Virus record (IMG/VR): IMGVR_UViG_3300009164_003041
DNA: 20,000 nucleotides
Strand: one strand, 5' to 3'
From: an uncultured virus (IMG/VR IMGVR_UViG_3300009164_003041)
Lineage: Duplodnaviria > Heunggongvirae > Uroviricota > Caudoviricetes
In this document: positions 14,979-20,000 of the stretch, one piece after another
Layout of the letters: every line of letters begins with the position of its first letter
Numbering within the stretch: the stretch's first letter is position 1
Made by a program: the position numbers and the translations under genes
Notes under the pieces: model-generated
Seen by the model: the letters and a program-made list of their open reading frames with translations, nothing else
Told to the model about the DNA's origin: nothing
Database searches by the model: none

Positions 14979-15725
14979 ATGAGAGCTAGAGAGTTTATCA
15001 TAGAAGGTTCTAACACCAGTTTAGAGAACGCCATAAACAAGATGATAGGCGGGTATTTGCACGGTAGAACTAGAGAAAAGAATACTTGCTATGCTCATGT
15101 AGGGCAGGAACTCGCACGACTCAAACCTGATGATGCTACTATCAGGCTTTGGGGTAGAAAGCCTAACCTAATCGTTCACGGTGACGCTGTGCTTTCTGAC
15201 GGCACGATAATATCAACTATATCCCCTGACAAGTATGAAAAAGTTGGGTATGAGATAGTAGACACAATGCCACTAGATGCGTTATTAAGCAAGTTGCCCG
15301 ACTCACTTGATGAGAACGAAGAACCTATCAGAATCAAACTAGCTGACAATTCAGCGGCTAAAGCATGGATTCAAAAAGTATATGATATGTTCCCGCAACA
15401 ATTTCAAAATAACCATGTTATTCCACTAGGTGGAACCGGTGATGATCAACAGTTTGCATTGTTTGAACTTACACCTAGCTTTAGCAAACGCGGCGCAGTA
15501 GAAATCAAATGGATTCAAGCCTATCCATTACGAGCAGGTGCAGGCACTAAGGCTATGAAGATACTACAAGACTTAGCACGAGAAGATGGTATCACTCTAA
15601 CACTCTATCCATGGGATAAGGGTACTGTGAAGCAAGGTAATCTAATCAAGTTCTACAAAAAACAAGGTTACAAGCCCCTCAACAAAAGTAAAAATATGAT
15701 CTGGGACCCTTCAAGCGATAAGTGA
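14979..15725 (+). CDS. Two-domain protein: possible Cys/His papain- or transglutaminase-like domain plus C-terminal GNAT
   Basis: GAGGA SD, ATG 14979 (MRAREFIIEG). NTCY…IVHG in the N-domain. RAGAGTKAM…LIKFYKKQGY in the C-domain. Confidence 0.75.
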   Translation: MRAREFIIEGSNTSLENAINKMIGGYLHGRTREKNTCYAHVGQELARLKPDDATIRLWGRKPNLIVHGDAVLSDGTIISTISPDKYEKVGYEIVDTMPLDALLSKLPDSLDENEEPIRIKLADNSAAKAWIQKVYDMFPQQFQNNHVIPLGGTGDDQQFALFELTPSFSKRGAVEIKWIQAYPLRAGAGTKAMKILQDLAREDGITLTLYPWDKGTVKQGNLIKFYKKQGYKPLNKSKNMIWDPSSDK

Positions 15726-15739
15726 TTTCAGCCCAAATT

Positions 15740-15747
15740 GATAAATA
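15740..15747 (+). promoter_or_regulatory. Putative late promoter GATAAATA
   Basis: Intergenic, 20 nt upstream of a structural gene, with an AGGGA SD following. Confidence 0.65.
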
Positions 15748-15767
15748 CTATCAACAGGGACTGAGAA

Positions 15768-17744
15768 ATGAGCATAAACGGTCAACAACCAATTAATATC
15801 GGATTGCCGAACGAATCTATAGGCAGCGACGACCTATATACGGCGTTCACTAAAACACAGGTAAACTTTTCTACATTATTCACTTGCGCTAGTCCTTATA
15901 CTAATTTCGTAGGACTAACCGGTATCGGTGTGACTTCTAACGCTACCACGGGAACAGTGTCTATCACTAACACCGGCGTTACTAATATCATTGCCGGTAC
16001 AAACATCACAATCAATCGTGCTAACGGAAATGTTACTATTTCATCAACAGGAGGCGGCGGTGGCGGTGGCGGAACTGTAACGAGCGTAGGGCTTGAGCCA
16101 GTATCAACCAGCAGAATCGTCGTGACGAATTCTCCCATTGTTTCTTCAGGAAACATCGGTATTGATTTAGCAACAACAGGTGTTGTTGCTGGAACATACA
16201 CTGCTCCCACAGTAACACTTGATGCGTATGGTAGAGTCACTGCTGCTGCTAATACAACTAGCAGCGGTACAGTAACGAGTGTAGGAATCATCCCTGGTTC
16301 AGGTATCGCAGTTGCGAGTAGCCCAGTTACTACTGTCGGCAACATAACGGTAACGAATACAGGTGTTGTAAGATTGACTGCTGGACTTGGAATCACGCTT
16401 TCAGCACCCAACGGAATCGTTCAGATTTCTTCTGTTTATACAGGATCGGTGACCTCAGTAGGAATCAACAGCGATACGTTGAACGTATCAGGTAGCCCTG
16501 TCACATCATCAGGAAATATTACAGTTGAGTTGCCTTCAGCAATCACACTTAGCGGAAATATTACTGCTGCAAATGCAAATCTCGGTAACTTAGTAACAGC
16601 GAATTTCTTCTCAGGAGACGGTGGATTACTATCCAATCTTCAAGCTCCTACACTCTCTAATATCTCCAACGGAAGTAGCAATGTAAGAATATTTACTAAC
16701 GGAAATGTTACTACTAGTGTTGCAGGTAATGCGAACATACTGGTCGTCACTGGAACTGGCGCCAACATTACCGGTACTGCTAACGTCTCAGGAAATGCAA
16801 ATGTCGGGAATATCGGCGCTTATGCTGGTGTATTTACCGCAAATATTACTACTACCGGAAACATCTATGCTAACTTAGGCATCATTGGTGCTACGTCATT
16901 AGTGGGTACACTCACTACTGCAACTCAAACTAATATCACTAGTGTTGGTACTTTGGGTGCGTTAACTGTAACAGGTAAAGTAACTGCTGGACAATTACAA
17001 GGTGACGGCGGCAATATTAGTAACATTCAAGGTGCTAATATAAGTGGTGCTGTTTCATTTGCAACTACAGCAAACTCAGTAGCCGGTGCAAACGTGTCAG
17101 GTGCAGTTACTACTGCTGCTAATGTTACAGCTACATCACTTCCCGACGCCACTGATACATATCGTCTTACATATGTAGCCGGATCTTCTAGTAGCACGGG
17201 GCTCAATGTAGATGGTGCCTTGACGTATGTACCTAGCAGCAATACATTAACAGCAGGAAATATAGTCGCTAGCACTTCCTTACAAACAGCAAACATTACA
17301 ACCGGTGCTAGCGGCACTGCAGGCACAATTACCGGCAATTGGACGCTAACTAGCGGTTCAAGAATGCAAGCTACTTACGCTGACTTGGCAGAATATTATC
17401 AAGCTGACGCAACATATGAACCAGGAACTGTTCTCATGTTTGGTGGTGACAATGAAGTTACACTCGCAGCAGAAGCAACAAGTAGAGTTGCCGGCGTAGT
17501 ATCTACAAACCCTGCATATGCAATGAATTCTAGTTGCCCTGATATTGCAGTGGCAGTTGCATTACAAGGTCGAGTACCTTGTAAAGTTCAAGGGACTGTT
17601 AGAAAAGGCGACATGATGATCAGTGCAGGCAGTGGCTACGCAGTAGCTTGCAGTGAGCCTCGTTTAGGTCAAATTATTGGTAAAGCATTAGAAAACTTTG
17701 ATCTCAGCGACGGCGTGATTGAAATCGTAGTCGGCAGATTATAA
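15768..17744 (+). CDS. Tail fibre/baseplate-associated protein with C-terminal intramolecular-chaperone (Peptidase_G2-like) domain
   Basis: N-terminal QQPINIG…DDLYTAFTK…NF resembles the T4 gp9/gp10 N-terminal motif. G/T/N/S/V-rich repeats. C-terminal YADLAEYY…GVVSTNPAYAMN…VALQGRVPCKV…IGKALE from about 17376. Confidence 0.85.
   Translation: MSINGQQPINIGLPNESIGSDDLYTAFTKTQVNFSTLFTCASPYTNFVGLTGIGVTSNATTGTVSITNTGVTNIIAGTNITINRANGNVTISSTGGGGGGGGTVTSVGLEPVSTSRIVVTNSPIVSSGNIGIDLATTGVVAGTYTAPTVTLDAYGRVTAAANTTSSGTVTSVGIIPGSGIAVASSPVTTVGNITVTNTGVVRLTAGLGITLSAPNGIVQISSVYTGSVTSVGINSDTLNVSGSPVTSSGNITVELPSAITLSGNITAANANLGNLVTANFFSGDGGLLSNLQAPTLSNISNGSSNVRIFTNGNVTTSVAGNANILVVTGTGANITGTANVSGNANVGNIGAYAGVFTANITTTGNIYANLGIIGATSLVGTLTTATQTNITSVGTLGALTVTGKVTAGQLQGDGGNISNIQGANISGAVSFATTANSVAGANVSGAVTTAANVTATSLPDATDTYRLTYVAGSSSSTGLNVDGALTYVPSSNTLTAGNIVASTSLQTANITTGASGTAGTITGNWTLTSGSRMQATYADLAEYYQADATYEPGTVLMFGGDNEVTLAAEATSRVAGVVSTNPAYAMNSSCPDIAVAVALQGRVPCKVQGTVRKGDMMISAGSGYAVACSEPRLGQIIGKALENFDLSDGVIEIVVGRL
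16050..16530 (+). repeat. Gly8 hinge followed by three GTVTSVG…SP(I/V)xxxGNI protein repeats
   Basis: Gly8 at 16050-16073. Repeat starts at 16071, 16266 and 16443, diverged at DNA level. Confidence 0.8.
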
Positions 17745-17763
17745 ACATTATAGGATTTCAAGA

Positions 17764-20000
17764 ATGATTGATAGTATTAAGATTACGAGTTTAACTAATA
17801 TAGGTGCAAATCTATCCTACACCTCTATATTCCCCGTAGTAAACGTAACGGGAACTCCGATCACTAACAAAGCCAATCTGCAAATTATAGGTAACTACAT
17901 TCTTAGCCAAGCCGGCGGCGCAAACATGGTTCAAGCTGCTCAAGCTACTCTTGCTCAATCGGTAGTCAATGCTGCACAACCAAACATCACATCAGTTGGC
18001 ACCTTAAGCGCCAGTACATTGAAAATCTCAGGTGGCACGAGTGGGTATATTCTTAGAACTGATGGTTTAGGAAATCTAACTTGGATTGCCCCAACTTCTA
18101 CTGTATCGGGTTCAAACGCTCAAGTCCAGTTTAACAATGCAGGTAGCTTTGGTAGCTCAGCCAACTTTACATATGACAACGGTAATAATATTCTTAATGT
18201 TATTAGAGCCAATGCTAGTTATCTAACAGCATATGAATCAGTGTCTACTGCAAATCTTTCAGCTAATGGTCTTGCTACAATAACACGAATCAATGTGACT
18301 AATACAGCAAACTTAGGTTCTGTAAGTAATATTACAATTACCGGAGGAAGCAATGGTCAAGTTCTCACGACAAATGGTAATGGCGTACTAAGTTGGAAAA
18401 ATGATGCTAACAGTTCATATGGAAATAGTAATGTAGTTACGTTATTATCAGCATTTGGTAGTAACACTATCAGTACGACCGGTAATGTTTCAGTAGGTAA
18501 TATTATTGCCAATAATTTAGGTAACATTGCAACAGTCAGTTTAACCGGTAGCAATACCAATGTACTCTACGGCAACGGTGTATTTGCAGCCGCAAGTGGC
18601 GGCAACGCTAACACAGGTAATGTTACATTTAACGATATCAATGTCATTGGTACAGGTAACTTAAACTTGCAACCAGATCCTGCTGATGCTGCCGCATATG
18701 TAAATATTTACTTGACCGGGGCCGCGGATATACATATGGCGGCCGGCGCCGCTGGTGCCAATCTTATTTTGGGTACAGATGAAGAAGCCAATGTCGCTGT
18801 TTTACAGGGCGGCAACGTGGCCATACAGGCTGGTAATGTCAGTGGCACAAAGACTTGGAACTTTGACACTGCTGGTAACTTGACCTTGCCATTGAATAGT
18901 GTTGTTTATGAAACCAACATTCCGGACCAGGGACTTAGTGGTAGTGCTATTGCTTTAAAACCAGCAGGTGGAACTACTACAAATCAACAGTTATTAATAT
19001 ATCCGACCGCGAATGACGGTGACCATATACACTTGACAAGTGGAAACTTGTATGCAACCGAACTGTTTTTAGGTAGTGATAACTTCTATGTTAAATTAGC
19101 AAACACAGGTAATGTTATTATCAACAGCAATGATGGTAATAGTAATAGTGCTATGTGGACATTTGACCCTGTAGGTAATTTAACAGTACCCGGTGATATC
19201 ATCGGACCGGCAAATGCTAACTTAGTAGTCTATGCGAATGCAGGAGTTCATAGCTTCACTTTTGCCGACGATGGCACATTCTATGCACCGGATAATGTTG
19301 TGTTAGGCGGTACTACTATTGATATCGGCCCGGGCGCAAATGCCTTAAATCTAGCAAACTCAACGCTTGTCATCAGCAGCACTTCTAATGCATATATTCA
19401 GGCTGTTATTAACAACGTATCTGACAACGGTTCTGCCGACTGGGTAGCTCAAGGACATCTTGGCAATGATGACGGTGGTTGGGTTGACATGGGATTTACT
19501 AGCTCGTTCTACAGTGACCCTGATTATACTATCACTGGTCCAGGCGATGGTTATATAATCACTCAAGCATATCTACCGGGTCAGGCACCGGCTGTAGGAA
19601 ACGGAAGTCTAGTATTTGCTACTGGTGAAAATGGTACACAGAAAGATATCATCTTCGGTACCGGTGGCTTCTTAACAGCTAACATCTTTGGTAGAATCAG
19701 TGATGCAAACAATGCATTAGAGTTGTCTCGTGCAGGCAGCAGCATTGACCTTATTGGTGGCGGCAATATCAGCAATGCTAATGTTATATCAGCAACTTCT
19801 TTTTCTGGTAACGGCAGTGGATTGACTAACTTACCGGTCCCTACAGTCACACAAGATATCACCTCTAACGGTGCTATGAGTATCATGCTCTATGATGGTA
19901 ACATAAAGTATAATAACTATGCTACAGTTGAACCAAGTACTGGTAATATTGCAGGTAATAATATCAGTGCGTCTGGTAATATTTCGGCTAACAACTTTAC
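17764..20000 (+). CDS. Large tail fibre-like structural protein (truncated by window end, not in ORF track)
   Basis: AGGA SD, ATG 17764 (MIDSIKITSLTNIG…), no stop seen to 20000. AQPNITSVGTL, two GGxxGxxLxTxGxGxLxW repeats, QVQFNNAG and WxFDxxGNLTxP repeats. Confidence 0.85.
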   Translation, partial: MIDSIKITSLTNIGANLSYTSIFPVVNVTGTPITNKANLQIIGNYILSQAGGANMVQAAQATLAQSVVNAAQPNITSVGTLSASTLKISGGTSGYILRTDGLGNLTWIAPTSTVSGSNAQVQFNNAGSFGSSANFTYDNGNNILNVIRANASYLTAYESVSTANLSANGLATITRINVTNTANLGSVSNITITGGSNGQVLTTNGNGVLSWKNDANSSYGNSNVVTLLSAFGSNTISTTGNVSVGNIIANNLGNIATVSLTGSNTNVLYGNGVFAAASGGNANTGNVTFNDINVIGTGNLNLQPDPADAAAYVNIYLTGAADIHMAAGAAGANLILGTDEEANVAVLQGGNVAIQAGNVSGTKTWNFDTAGNLTLPLNSVVYETNIPDQGLSGSAIALKPAGGTTTNQQLLIYPTANDGDHIHLTSGNLYATELFLGSDNFYVKLANTGNVIINSNDGNSNSAMWTFDPVGNLTVPGDIIGPANANLVVYANAGVHSFTFADDGTFYAPDNVVLGGTTIDIGPGANALNLANSTLVISSTSNAYIQAVINNVSDNGSADWVAQGHLGNDDGGWVDMGFTSSFYSDPDYTITGPGDGYIITQAYLPGQAPAVGNGSLVFATGENGTQKDIIFGTGGFLTANIFGRISDANNALELSRAGSSIDLIGGGNISNANVISATSFSGNGSGLTNLPVPTVTQDITSNGAMSIMLYDGNIKYNNYATVEPSTGNIAGNNISASGNISANNF

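Noticed and set aside
17740..17747. TATAAACA as a late promoter for the last fibre gene
   Set aside because: It mismatches the TAAATA core and overlaps a stop codon. Read-through from 15740 explains expression equally well.
15896..19886. Minus-strand ORFs inside the fibre genes (15896-16411, 16036-16218, 16436-16636, 17027-17338, 18357-18560, 19360-19566, 19581-19886)
   Set aside because: Antisense shadows of Gly/Thr/Asn-biased codons (e.g. poly-Pro opposite poly-Gly), fully overlapping strong + strand genes.
1..20000. tRNA, CRISPR array, integrase or transposase, intron/intein, or stop-codon recoding
   Set aside because: I saw no cloverleaf, regularly spaced repeats or mobile-element motifs by eye. 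Intergenic gaps are very short, and TAA, TAG and TGA all end intact genes (e.g. infA ends in TAG).

Overview
A 20-kb segment of a large, probably T4-related or jumbo tailed-phage genome. It uses the standard genetic code, is gene-dense and is almost entirely on the + strand. The host is inferred to be proteobacterial, probably alpha, from the FdxA, PlcP/Agt and IF-1 homologues. Positions 1-7850 are an early/middle region of small hypothetical, membrane and Zn-binding ORFs driven by near-consensus sigma70 promoters. It also holds a metallophosphoesterase, a wHTH protein, a 7Fe ferredoxin and a dCMP deaminase. Positions 7825-9559 are the only minus-strand unit, a PlcP-like phospholipase C plus an Agt-like GT4 glycosyltransferase, which is the bacterial phosphate-starvation lipid-remodelling pair. 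Positions 9617-15725 are a block marked by T4-late-like (G)ATAAATA/CTAAATA motifs, several placed to give leaderless mRNAs. It encodes a HAD nucleotidase, an acidic modular protein, an AbrB-like protein, IF-1, an Fe/Mn SOD, a heme oxygenase, a GNAT-kinase fusion and a second GNAT fusion. Four of these begin with a peptide resembling the T4 internal-protein capsid-targeting sequence, which suggests a packaged, protease-matured and injected enzyme cargo. Positions 15768-20000 hold two large tail/baseplate fibre-like genes, the second running off the window. All family assignments come from motif recognition by eye. No database search was run.
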